From a virus (taxonomy: Duplodnaviria; Caudoviricetes): 39,015 nucleotides of DNA. The number at the start of each line of letters is the position of its first letter. Positions within the stretch are counted from its first letter, which is position 1. The position numbers and the translations under genes are program-made. A model generated the notes under the pieces. That model saw only the letters and a program-made list of their open reading frames with translations, did not search any database and was not told the DNA's origin. Positions 17,338 through 24,019 of this stretch are shown here, piece by piece. The stretch covers positions 1 to 39,015 of IMG/VR virus record IMGVR_UViG_3300046000_002084. The stretch is one strand, 5' to 3'.

Positions 17338-17812
17338 GACAGGACACGAAGCATTCAAAGGAAGACTATCTATACCCTACATAACTAAGACTGGTGTTGT
17401 AGACTTACGATTTAGAAGCCTTAACCCTGCAGTTGAACCTAAGTATATGGGTATGACTGGGGCTGAGACCAAGATGTACAACGTAATAGATGTGGAGAGA
17501 GCCAGTGATTTTATTGGAGTTTGTGAAGGCGAGTTGGATACCCTTACTCTTTCTGCTTGCGTTGGGATTCCTTGCGTTGGAGTACCAGGTGCGAACAGTT
17601 GGAAGAAACACTACACACGATTGTTGGCGGACTTTGAAAGGGTCTTTATATTCGCAGATGGAGACCAGCCTGGCACGCAATTCGCCACTAGTCTTGCCAG
17701 GGAATTACCAGTTACTATCATTCAACTCCCAGACGGACACGATGTTAATTCAATGTTCGTGCAAGAGGGTGCTAACTACTTCCACCAAAAGATGGGTGTA
17801 AATGAACATTGA
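17186..17812 (+). CDS. Primase catalytic (Toprim) part
   Basis: YLRSRGI, RLSIPY, PKY, VCEGELD, ADGDQPG, DVN. Confidence 0.9.
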   Translation: MKQSVLQKELLGKAAAQYAENIYQAEDYLRSRGIPLEVARLASLGVVAEPETGHEAFKGRLSIPYITKTGVVDLRFRSLNPAVEPKYMGMTGAETKMYNVIDVERASDFIGVCEGELDTLTLSACVGIPCVGVPGANSWKKHYTRLLADFERVFIFADGDQPGTQFATSLARELPVTIIQLPDGHDVNSMFVQEGANYFHQKMGVNEH

Positions 17813-18173
17813 GGATACTCCTCCCCATAATCACTGCAACGATTGCAACATAACCTTCCCCGATTCGTTTGCTTTAATAGACCATATGATGGAAGAGGGT
17901 GAAGAGTTTGACCCGTACTATCTGTTGCCCTCTGGTTTCAAACTTATGCTAGGGTCGATGCTACGGTTCTTGTTTGACAATGCAGATAAACCTGACCAAA
18001 TCAAAATGATAACTCAGTCTACCTATGTTACACTGTTTGCTAGTGAGAATGGGTATGACCTAGTTGATGAGTTGGTTGAGGATATGATTGTCAAGTCTGC
18101 ACTGCAAGACTTTGACCGTGACTTACAACAACTATTAGCGGAGGAACCCAATGACGACGAAGGCGGAGCGTGA
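17802..18173 (+). CDS. Hypothetical protein with CxxC-x12-H finger
   Basis: CNDCNITFPDSFALIDH. Confidence 0.7.
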   Translation: MNIEDTPPHNHCNDCNITFPDSFALIDHMMEEGEEFDPYYLLPSGFKLMLGSMLRFLFDNADKPDQIKMITQSTYVTLFASENGYDLVDELVEDMIVKSALQDFDRDLQQLLAEEPNDDEGGA

Positions 18174-18303
18174 GGAAATATGGCAGATTATTCAGTACCT
18201 AACAAACTTGGGTTTAAACGTAGTAAAGACGGAGACTCAGGGAACTTCATTGATGGTTTCGTTAGCCATTCCGTTATTGCACGCGAACTCCACCTCGAAG
18301 TAA
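18151..18303 (+). CDS. Overlapping microprotein (50 aa)
   Basis: GGAGGA RBS; MTTKAEREEIWQIIQYLTNLGLNVV...; overlaps both neighbours. Confidence 0.45.
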   Translation: MTTKAEREEIWQIIQYLTNLGLNVVKTETQGTSLMVSLAIPLLHANSTSK

Positions 18304-18563
18304 ACCTTGCCAATGTAACCAAAGAATTATCTCAACTGCTTATCTCTAAGCATAAAGATTATGGTCCGAAAAATATTTCCCAAGCACCAGGTGGTGCAAT
18401 CAACGGGTTGCGTGTGCGTATGCACGACAAACTCGCACGCATTAACAACTTGATTGACAGTGGTGCAAACCCTGAGCACGAATCTCTTGAGGATTCCTTC
18501 AAGGATATGGCTAACTATGCAATCATTGGACTGCTAGTTTTAAGAGGCAAGTGGGATGAATGA
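18180..18563 (+). CDS. DUF1599 / nucleotide-modification-associated domain protein
   Basis: KHKDYG, RMHDKLARINNL, ESLEDSFKDMANYAII. Start uncertain. Confidence 0.8.
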   Translation: MADYSVPNKLGFKRSKDGDSGNFIDGFVSHSVIARELHLEVNLANVTKELSQLLISKHKDYGPKNISQAPGGAINGLRVRMHDKLARINNLIDSGANPEHESLEDSFKDMANYAIIGLLVLRGKWDE

Positions 18564-18946
18564 AAGAGCAGGAGTTATTTGACTGGCTAAAGTCGGAGCA
18601 CTTCCCAGATTTAATACACTCCCCAGAATTATTCGACGGCTTTGATTGCATCACAGATATGTACAAAATGTTTATTGAACTTAAATCACGCAACACACAT
18701 TACGATACGTTGTTGCTTGAGAAAAAGAAGTACGACTTCCTTATCACTAAGTCAACTGAACTTGGGTTAACACCCTACTACATTAACTATACACCTGAGG
18801 GTGTGTGGTCTTTTCGTCTTGACTTAATACAGAACATTGTATGGGAAGACAAGTGGTTGCCAGTTACAACAGAGTTTGCAAACAAGAACAAGATGATGAA
18901 GCCAGTTACCTTCCTCAAAATAGTGGACGGGACAAAGATTAAATGA
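18560..18946 (+). CDS. PD-(D/E)XK-like nuclease
   Basis: E...FDC...IELKSR. Confidence 0.65.
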   Translation: MKEQELFDWLKSEHFPDLIHSPELFDGFDCITDMYKMFIELKSRNTHYDTLLLEKKKYDFLITKSTELGLTPYYINYTPEGVWSFRLDLIQNIVWEDKWLPVTTEFANKNKMMKPVTFLKIVDGTKIK

Positions 18947-19632
18947 TTGAGTGGGAAAGAATAAAGCGTTGGGATTATGTAGTTGATGCTGTCGGTTCTG
19001 AATACTCACGCAAGTTTCCAACCATTGAAGTAGAAGACATCAGACAATCTCTCTATCAGTGGTTTGTTGAGCATCCAAATAAACTAGATGCTTGGGAAGA
19101 AATAGGTGACAAGGATGCAAAGAACCTTATCTATCGTAGCCTACGCAATCAAGCCTTAGATTATTGCAACCATTGGAAAGCAAAGTCTGGTGGGTATGAG
19201 ACCAGCGATTTATTTTATTACGAAGCAGATATGGTTGAGGCACTCTTGCCTCCCGTCTTGCGTGGTGAGTGGGGTGTGACTCACAAACTAAATCTTGGTA
19301 GAACTGGCAGACCTTCTGCGCCTAACGAGGGTGGCAACCTTATGGCTATGATGATTGAAGTTGACTATGCGTTTTGGAAACTACCTAAAGATGACAGGAA
19401 GATATTATTCCTACGCTATGCAGAGTCAATGGACTTTGGTGACATTGGTAAAGAGTTAGATATGGGCACAGAAGATGCGGTGCGGATGCGTCACAAGCGT
19501 GCCATTCGTAAACTGATTAACAAGATTGGTGGGTTCAAACCATTCCGCGATTATGATGATGCTCCCACAGAGGAAGACTCAGGCGTTGATTCTGCTGGGT
19601 CTACCCAAAGTGATTCACCATATGAGTCATAG
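18943..19632 (+). CDS. Phage sigma-70-family sigma factor
   Basis: Region 2-like EDIRQSL...RNQALDY; region 4 HTH LPKDDRKILFLRY...DIGKEL...RAIRKL. Confidence 0.8.
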   Translation: MIEWERIKRWDYVVDAVGSEYSRKFPTIEVEDIRQSLYQWFVEHPNKLDAWEEIGDKDAKNLIYRSLRNQALDYCNHWKAKSGGYETSDLFYYEADMVEALLPPVLRGEWGVTHKLNLGRTGRPSAPNEGGNLMAMMIEVDYAFWKLPKDDRKILFLRYAESMDFGDIGKELDMGTEDAVRMRHKRAIRKLINKIGGFKPFRDYDDAPTEEDSGVDSAGSTQSDSPYES

Positions 19633-19730
19633 AACTCTTCAATCTCTTTACCACTAGCAAATTGTAAACCTTCGCTTTCTGTCTTAAAACATACAGAGCA
19701 ACCGCCACCTTCGCATATATTGCACATCAT
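19551..19730 (-). CDS. Cys-rich microprotein (59 aa)
   Basis: MMCNICEGGGCSVC...; AGGAGG RBS; 3' end overlaps the sigma gene convergently. Confidence 0.6.
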   Translation of the reverse strand: MMCNICEGGGCSVCFKTESEGLQFASGKEIEEFYDSYGESLWVDPAESTPESSSVGASS

Positions 19731-19904
19731 CTAGCCTCCTGTTGAATAGAACCCGCTACCATTGAAGCGGATTGCTGGTGTGTTGTATATTCTACTTGAT
19801 GTATGACCACAAACGCAACTAACTTCTTCGTCGCGTTCTTCTACCTTACGACTTAGCACTGTGTGTGCCATACATTTATTGCAACGATACTCATACGTTG
19901 GCAT
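19731..19904 (-). CDS. FmdB-family zinc ribbon protein (57 aa)
   Basis: MPTYEYRCNKC...CVCG...FNGSGFYST. Confidence 0.85.
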   Translation of the reverse strand: MPTYEYRCNKCMAHTVLSRKVEERDEEVSCVCGHTSSRIYNTPAIRFNGSGFYSTGG

Positions 19905-20083
19905 TACTCATCCTTCCAATCCATAGGTGTTGGTGCAGTGCTGATTGCCTTGCACTCTTTGCATTCCTGTCTTAAGTCATACCAAGATACTTCTCTTGTC
20001 TCTTCGTCCCACATTACTGTGACCACAAACATCTTGCACCCACAAATACAGGTTAGTATAGGCTTGCCAGTTAAGTCAAGCAC
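19904..20083 (-). CDS. Zn-finger microprotein (59 aa)
   Basis: GTG start; CICGC...ECKEC...TAPTP. Confidence 0.7.
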   Translation of the reverse strand: MLDLTGKPILTCICGCKMFVVTVMWDEETREVSWYDLRQECKECKAISTAPTPMDWKDE

Positions 20084-20488
20084 CTAGTACCAACCCCTAG
20101 TGTGGTGTAACCAAGCCTTGCACGGTGTGCCATAGCGGTGTTCGATATAGCGATAGGCTCTGAGTATCTGAACTGCTGGGTCTTTACTCTTCTCGCCTAA
20201 CATCTGTGCAATTCCGTAGGCACTACTGCCTTGTTGGTTCTTGGCTAAATGGTCGAAACGACTTTCCTTCATAAAGATTTTATAGACACAGCCTCGCTCT
20301 TTTTTATCCCAACCCCAACCAACTTGGGCATAGCGCATAGCCATTATCTTGTTGGCTTTCTTCTCTTCCATTGTTGCCTTGGTTCTGATGACTGGTGGTT
20401 TATCATCTCTTGTCTTTATCGTGTGGTTCAACTGCACAATCAAAAGACTGGCAGTTAAAATTGACAGAACAATAAATCGTTTTCTCAT
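20084..20488 (-). CDS. Exported lytic transglycosylase (SLT/lysozyme-like)
   Basis: N-terminal signal/TM; KESR catalytic Glu; SSAYGIAQ; YIEHRYGTPCKAW. Confidence 0.85.
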   Translation of the reverse strand: MRKRFIVLSILTASLLIVQLNHTIKTRDDKPPVIRTKATMEEKKANKIMAMRYAQVGWGWDKKERGCVYKIFMKESRFDHLAKNQQGSSAYGIAQMLGEKSKDPAVQILRAYRYIEHRYGTPCKAWLHHTRGWY

Positions 20489-20838
20489 TTATCTATCCTA
20501 CCAATCATCAGCCGTACATTCCTTCTGTGTCGGTGCTCTGAGCGAACCATAGTTTCCTGTGGCTTCTTCGTTGTCAATAGATAACGCTCAACTGTGAGCA
20601 ACCCACCCCATATGGAACCGTGCCCGCCTGTGAACTCTAGGTTCTCACGCTCTAGCCCCTGCTCTAGGCACTTAGCCTTGACTGGGCATACATTACATAA
20701 CTCTATCGCCTCTACACTACGCAACACTTCTAACTTCTGTATGTCTGAGTCATTGGAATTGTTGTAGTGCCACAAGTCAGGGTCAGGATGTCTGTTGCAG
20801 TTGCCTTGCTCGTGCCATCTTCTATCTTTTAATACCAT
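20485..20838 (-). CDS. whiB: WhiB-family Fe-S transcription factor
   Basis: C-x33-CNVCPVKAKC and IWGG turn followed by ER. Confidence 0.9.
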   Translation of the reverse strand: MVLKDRRWHEQGNCNRHPDPDLWHYNNSNDSDIQKLEVLRSVEAIELCNVCPVKAKCLEQGLERENLEFTGGHGSIWGGLLTVERYLLTTKKPQETMVRSEHRHRRNVRLMIGRIDK

Positions 20839-21065
20839 TATATGACCGCCTTTAAATGAGATACTGGTAAGACATTAACTGCCTGTCCTTGGTATTCGTC
20901 CTGCCATAATGTCTTTGCCTCTGCTTGGTGTTCATACAACCATTCGTCCTGCTCTGTGTATGTCATAGTTGCCCATTGTGCGGGCAGTTCCGTGCCCTCT
21001 GGTAACCAGATATTAACTACTTTCACCCCCTTAGTTTCATACACTATCTGCATTTGCTTCTGCAT
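20838..21065 (-). CDS. Hypothetical protein
   Basis: 75 aa; TAATG coupling to whiB. Confidence 0.7.
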   Translation of the reverse strand: MQKQMQIVYETKGVKVVNIWLPEGTELPAQWATMTYTEQDEWLYEHQAEAKTLWQDEYQGQAVNVLPVSHLKAVI

Positions 21066-21165
21066 TAGTTACCCCAATCCACACGAAGCCATCTTGGTGG
21101 CGGGTAATCTGCCCCAGTATTTCAAACCATTGGTCATCTATCTCTGCTGTGATAATTCGTTTCAT
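21037..21165 (-). CDS. Microprotein (42 aa)
   Basis: AACAGGAG RBS; MKRIITAEIDDQWFEILG... Confidence 0.6.
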   Translation of the reverse strand: MKRIITAEIDDQWFEILGQITRHQDGFVWIGVTNAEANADSV

Positions 21166-21320
21166 TTCTTTTTCTCCTGTTCGACTATTTTATTTTCGCA
21201 TTCTTCACAAGTATCGGAGCGGTATAAGTTGTAATCAAAATCTTTATCACAACTTTTACATTTAATAAAGTCTGAGTCGTCGTAAAAGAATGGGTCGTTT
21301 AGTGGTGGTTCGTATGCCAT
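21162..21320 (-). CDS. Zn-finger microprotein (52 aa)
   Basis: MAYEPPLNDP...CKSC...CEEC; GGAGG RBS. Confidence 0.7.
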   Translation of the reverse strand: MAYEPPLNDPFFYDDSDFIKCKSCDKDFDYNLYRSDTCEECENKIVEQEKKK

Positions 21321-21478
21321 TACTCGCCCTCCACTATTGTGAACTCTGCGAACTCGCTTATGCGATTACCGTGTTGTTCCTCTGCAGTCTGCTTTGCCTG
21401 TTCAATCGCGTCTTCATCATTGTCTGCTTCTAGTGTCACATACATTGTGTAAACCATTTTGATTTCGTAGTCTTTCAT
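21320..21478 (-). CDS. Microprotein (52 aa)
   Basis: MKDYEIKM...VTLEADNDEDAIEQA; GGAGG RBS. Confidence 0.7.
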   Translation of the reverse strand: MKDYEIKMVYTMYVTLEADNDEDAIEQAKQTAEEQHGNRISEFAEFTIVEGE

Positions 21479-21576
21479 TCTTCCTCCTCCTCTGTAATCA
21501 AACCTAACTCCTTGAGTGCTTGCATTGCCTCGTTTAAACTATCTATTGCGCTCTTAATCTGTTGCTCTGTACTCAT
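21475..21576 (-). CDS. Acidic microprotein (33 aa)
   Basis: GACAGGAG RBS; MSTEQQIKSAIDSLNEAMQALKELGLI... Confidence 0.65.
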   Translation of the reverse strand: MSTEQQIKSAIDSLNEAMQALKELGLITEEEEE

Positions 21577-21653
21577 TTATTTTTCTCCTGTCTGTGGTGG
21601 CATTGGTTGATAGGGTATAGGCAATCTCCGCAAATGACAACCGTGTTCTCCAT
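21573..21653 (-). CDS. Cys/His microprotein (26 aa)
   Basis: MENTVVICGDCLYPINQCHH...; coupled at both ends. Confidence 0.55.
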   Translation of the reverse strand: MENTVVICGDCLYPINQCHHRQEKNK

Positions 21654-21817
21654 TACTTATCCCTGTATTTAATTATTGTTTGCATTACTTGGTGGATTTT
21701 GCACTCGCAAGGTTCTCCGCCCATATTCCACTCAAACTCTAGGTGTGAGTAATTGTCCTCGTAGATTTCATTTACTAATTGCTCGACTGTGTAGGGCTTG
21801 GTTTTTGTGTCACTCAT
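21653..21817 (-). CDS. Microprotein (54 aa)
   Basis: MSDTKTKPYTVEQLVNEIYEDNYSH...CECKIH; ATGA overlap. Confidence 0.65.
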   Translation of the reverse strand: MSDTKTKPYTVEQLVNEIYEDNYSHLEFEWNMGGEPCECKIHQVMQTIIKYRDK

Positions 21818-22137
21818 TTGTTGCCCCGTTCTGTAATCATTTGCCCTGTGCGTATGCCTGCTATGAGGCTTCGCAGTGTGCGCTCTGCCTCTGCCTTGGT
21901 TCCGCCTAGGTAATCGCTAAACCCTCGCGGTTCCCAATGTCCTGAGCCGTACTTACTGCCTCCACTAAAGTGGATACGAAAGGCTCGCCCGTAGGTCTTG
22001 CTTCCCTCTTGAAGTACAAGGTGCGGGCGTTTGTTGGATTCGTAGGTGTCCTCGACTATATCGCCCTCCAAAAGTGGCTTTACTAATTCCTCAAGCACAC
22101 CGACAAGGCGGTGCAAATCTGCCATAGTTGTTTGCAT
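21814..22137 (-). CDS. Hypothetical early protein
   Basis: 107 aa; GACAGGAG RBS. Confidence 0.8.
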   Translation of the reverse strand: MQTTMADLHRLVGVLEELVKPLLEGDIVEDTYESNKRPHLVLQEGSKTYGRAFRIHFSGGSKYGSGHWEPRGFSDYLGGTKAEAERTLRSLIAGIRTGQMITERGNK

Positions 22138-22141
22138 TTGT

Positions 22142-22273
22142 TTATTCTCCTGTCTGAAATGGGTTAGGTGCTGAGATGTTGAACTGTTTTACCTTGACCA
22201 TACAAGGCACACACACGCCCCGCATATTTTCAAGCGTTAAGAATGCCTGAGAACTCTCACATAATCCGCACAT
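22142..22273 (-). CDS. Zn-finger microprotein (43 aa)
   Basis: MCGLC...CVPC; GACAGGAG RBS. Confidence 0.65.
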   Translation of the reverse strand: MCGLCESSQAFLTLENMRGVCVPCMVKVKQFNISAPNPFQTGE

Positions 22274-22274
22274 T

Positions 22275-22361
22275 TTATTCTCCTGTCATTTCGTCGTTGA
22301 TTACTATCCCCGCAATGCATAGCGCGGCGATTGGTAGTAGTGCTAGGGCTAGGGCTGTCAT
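22275..22361 (-). CDS. Membrane micropeptide (28 aa)
   Basis: MTALALALLPIAALCIAGIVINDEMTGE; GACAGGAG RBS. Confidence 0.6.
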   Translation of the reverse strand: MTALALALLPIAALCIAGIVINDEMTGE

Positions 22362-22507
22362 TTCCTTGCCTCCTGTCGTGCGTCGTATGCTCTGACTCTT
22401 TCCATCCCTCGTTTGTGTGCGTCCCACAGATTAACCAACCCGTGAGAGATAAGCAAGCCTGAACCTAAGACAAAAACTAGATAACAAATTGTTATAATTG
22501 TTTCCAT
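22358..22507 (-). CDS. Membrane microprotein (49 aa)
   Basis: METIITICYLVFVLGSGLLISHGLV...; TGATG coupling. Confidence 0.65.
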   Translation of the reverse strand: METIITICYLVFVLGSGLLISHGLVNLWDAHKRGMERVRAYDARQEARK

Positions 22508-22677
22508 CAGTTGCCTGCCTTGCGTGCCTTAATAATCTTGCGAACCTTTAGCCCTGCGAAGATTAACACCGCAAGAATTACAGTCCTCCAAGGGAGAAAC
22601 ACATCTCCAAAATAGGTTGTCAGGTGAAGACTGTAACTATCAAATCCAAAGTTCAAGAACTCTTCTGTGTTGTACAT
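22507..22677 (-). CDS. Membrane microprotein (56 aa)
   Basis: ...PWRTVILAVLIFAGLKVRK...; GACAGGAG RBS. Confidence 0.7.
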   Translation of the reverse strand: MYNTEEFLNFGFDSYSLHLTTYFGDVFLPWRTVILAVLIFAGLKVRKIIKARKAGN

Positions 22678-22702
22678 TTTTTCTCCTGTCTAAGCCGTAC
22701 TA

Positions 22703-22771
22703 GTGGACATTTGCCACCGTGCCCCGCTAGAGTCTCGCACTCTGCGCCCTCTGTCAAGGGTGCGGGGCTGT
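22703..22771 (-). ncRNA. tRNA-like element copy A plus 3' hairpin
   Basis: GCCCCGC-A-CCCT(TGACAG)AGGG-CGC-AGAG(TGCGAGA)CTCT-A-GCGGGGC-ACGG. Confidence 0.7.
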
Positions 22772-22784
22772 GAGTTACCTCACT
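22769..22784. promoter_or_regulatory. CRP-consensus box
   Basis: TGTGA-GTTACC-TCACT, 9/10 match. Confidence 0.6.
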
Positions 22785-23049
22785 TCTTGTTCTTGTACTT
22801 CTTGCCGTTGCCGTGAGAATGGAATCCTTGCGCCGTGATAGTTGTTGCTTCTTTCAATGCTTCCCAAACCGCTATCTCATAGGTTGGAAATCCGCTACCG
22901 CGTCCCGCTAGCCCTCCACAATCGCAACCTTTAGGAATGAACGAATATTCATAGGTTCCCCCGTCTTGTAAGAACCAGACACCCTTTACGAGAGTGTCAA
23001 TCTCTAGGCGCATTACTTGGGTCTTGTCTTGCTCTGTTTGTGTCTGCAC
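22780..23049 (-). CDS. Hypothetical early protein
   Basis: 89 aa; GTG start; GACAGGAG RBS. Confidence 0.75.
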   Translation of the reverse strand: MQTQTEQDKTQVMRLEIDTLVKGVWFLQDGGTYEYSFIPKGCDCGGLAGRGSGFPTYEIAVWEALKEATTITAQGFHSHGNGKKYKNKK

Positions 23050-23069
23050 TTGCTTGCTCCTGTCGTTGT

Positions 23070-23133
23070 GGGATTGTTCCCGTGCCTCAATAGTGTCGTG
23101 AACACTCGCCCTCTGTCAAGGGTTTGAGGCTGT
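23070..23133 (-). ncRNA. tRNA-like element copy B plus 3' hairpin
   Basis: GCCTCAA-A-CCCT(TGACAG)AGGG-CG-AGTG(TTCACGA)CACT-A-TTGAGGC-ACGG. Confidence 0.7.
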
Positions 23134-23146
23134 GATTTGCATCACA
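23131..23146. promoter_or_regulatory. CRP-consensus box
   Basis: TGTGA-TTTGCA-TCACA, 10/10 match. Confidence 0.7.
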
Positions 23147-23293
23147 TCAAATCTGTGCATCTACCAATTCTGAAACGGTATCGCCAAACTCTCGCCAATC
23201 TAAATTATTAGAGTTTTTGAGTGAGACGGTAATCATTCGCCATTGTTCAAAAGTTAGTTCAAGCGTCGCGGTTCCTTGTTCTTGTGCTTTCAT
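23147..23293 (-). CDS. Microprotein (48 aa)
   Basis: MKAQEQGTATLELTFEQWRMI...; TAATG coupling. Confidence 0.6.
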   Translation of the reverse strand: MKAQEQGTATLELTFEQWRMITVSLKNSNNLDWREFGDTVSELVDAQI

Positions 23294-23589
23294 TAGTTCG
23301 CCCCCACTAACGCCTCAGCAATTGCGCGGCGGACTTGGTTGGTGTGCTTGCTTGTTGTCACGCTAAACTTTTGCGCGACTACATACCAGCCAAAATTAAG
23401 CGTGTGCCAAGCGATTGGGGTATTGTATGAGTAGACGATATAGTCCGCCCCGTTCACGTCCGCCTCGAATGTCGCTAAGTCCTTGCCCATCAGTTGCCCT
23501 CCGCCTAATGAATAACGGCTCCCGCTGAGTGCGCTTGCCTTGAACTCTTGGCGTGTTGCTATGTAGTGGATTGCGTCTCTCTGGTTCAT
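23293..23589 (-). CDS. Hypothetical early protein
   Basis: YIVYSYNTPIAW...KFSVTTSKH; GACAGGAG RBS. Confidence 0.8.
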   Translation of the reverse strand: MNQRDAIHYIATRQEFKASALSGSRYSLGGGQLMGKDLATFEADVNGADYIVYSYNTPIAWHTLNFGWYVVAQKFSVTTSKHTNQVRRAIAEALVGAN

Positions 23590-23616
23590 TCTGTGCTCCT
23601 GTCGTTGTGTCGTTCT

Positions 23617-23680
23617 GGTAGATTTTCTACCCGTGCCCCGCTCCGAATCGAATCGGCACGCCCTAGGCGGGCGGGGCTGT
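23617..23680 (-). ncRNA. tRNA-like element copy C plus 3' hairpin
   Basis: GCCCCGC-C-CGCC(TAG)GGCG-TG-CCGA(TTCGAT)TCGG-A-GCGGGGC-ACGG. Confidence 0.7.
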
Positions 23681-23686
23681 CCTTGC

Positions 23687-23827
23687 TTAGGCTAGTCTTT
23701 TAACTTTTGGGCTCTTGAAAATCTGCTCCACAATCTTCTCACGGGTCAAGACCGCTTGAAAATATTCCTCACGGGCTAAAACGTCCAAGATGATTTGAAT
23801 ATCCTTAGGCTCTAGGTTGAGTTTCAT
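23687..23827 (-). CDS. Microprotein (46 aa)
   Basis: MKLNLEPKDIQIILDVLAREEYF...; TAATG coupling. Confidence 0.6.
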   Translation of the reverse strand: MKLNLEPKDIQIILDVLAREEYFQAVLTREKIVEQIFKSPKVKRLA

Positions 23828-23973
23828 TACTTTCCCGCCTTGTCTGTGCAGAACTCACAGCGACCGATAAAATCGCCCTTGTTGTCTCTTGGTGGCACGT
23901 TGCAGACTGTGCAGCCCGCGACGTAAACCTTGACACCTGTCTCTAGTGTCTTGATGAATAGTTTCTGGCTCAT
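23827..23973 (-). CDS. First early gene, Zn-finger microprotein (48 aa)
   Basis: CTVC...CEFC; GACAGGAG RBS. Confidence 0.7.
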   Translation of the reverse strand: MSQKLFIKTLETGVKVYVAGCTVCNVPPRDNKGDFIGRCEFCTDKAGK

Positions 23974-24019
23974 CTTGTTCTCCTGTCTCTGTGTGGGCGG
24001 TTCCCACCTTGCTAACGCA

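Noticed and set aside
22721-23677. Canonical tRNA genes
   Set aside because: Only 43-48 nt, one arm missing, no consistent anticodon loop and no CCA. Reported as tRNA-like elements instead.
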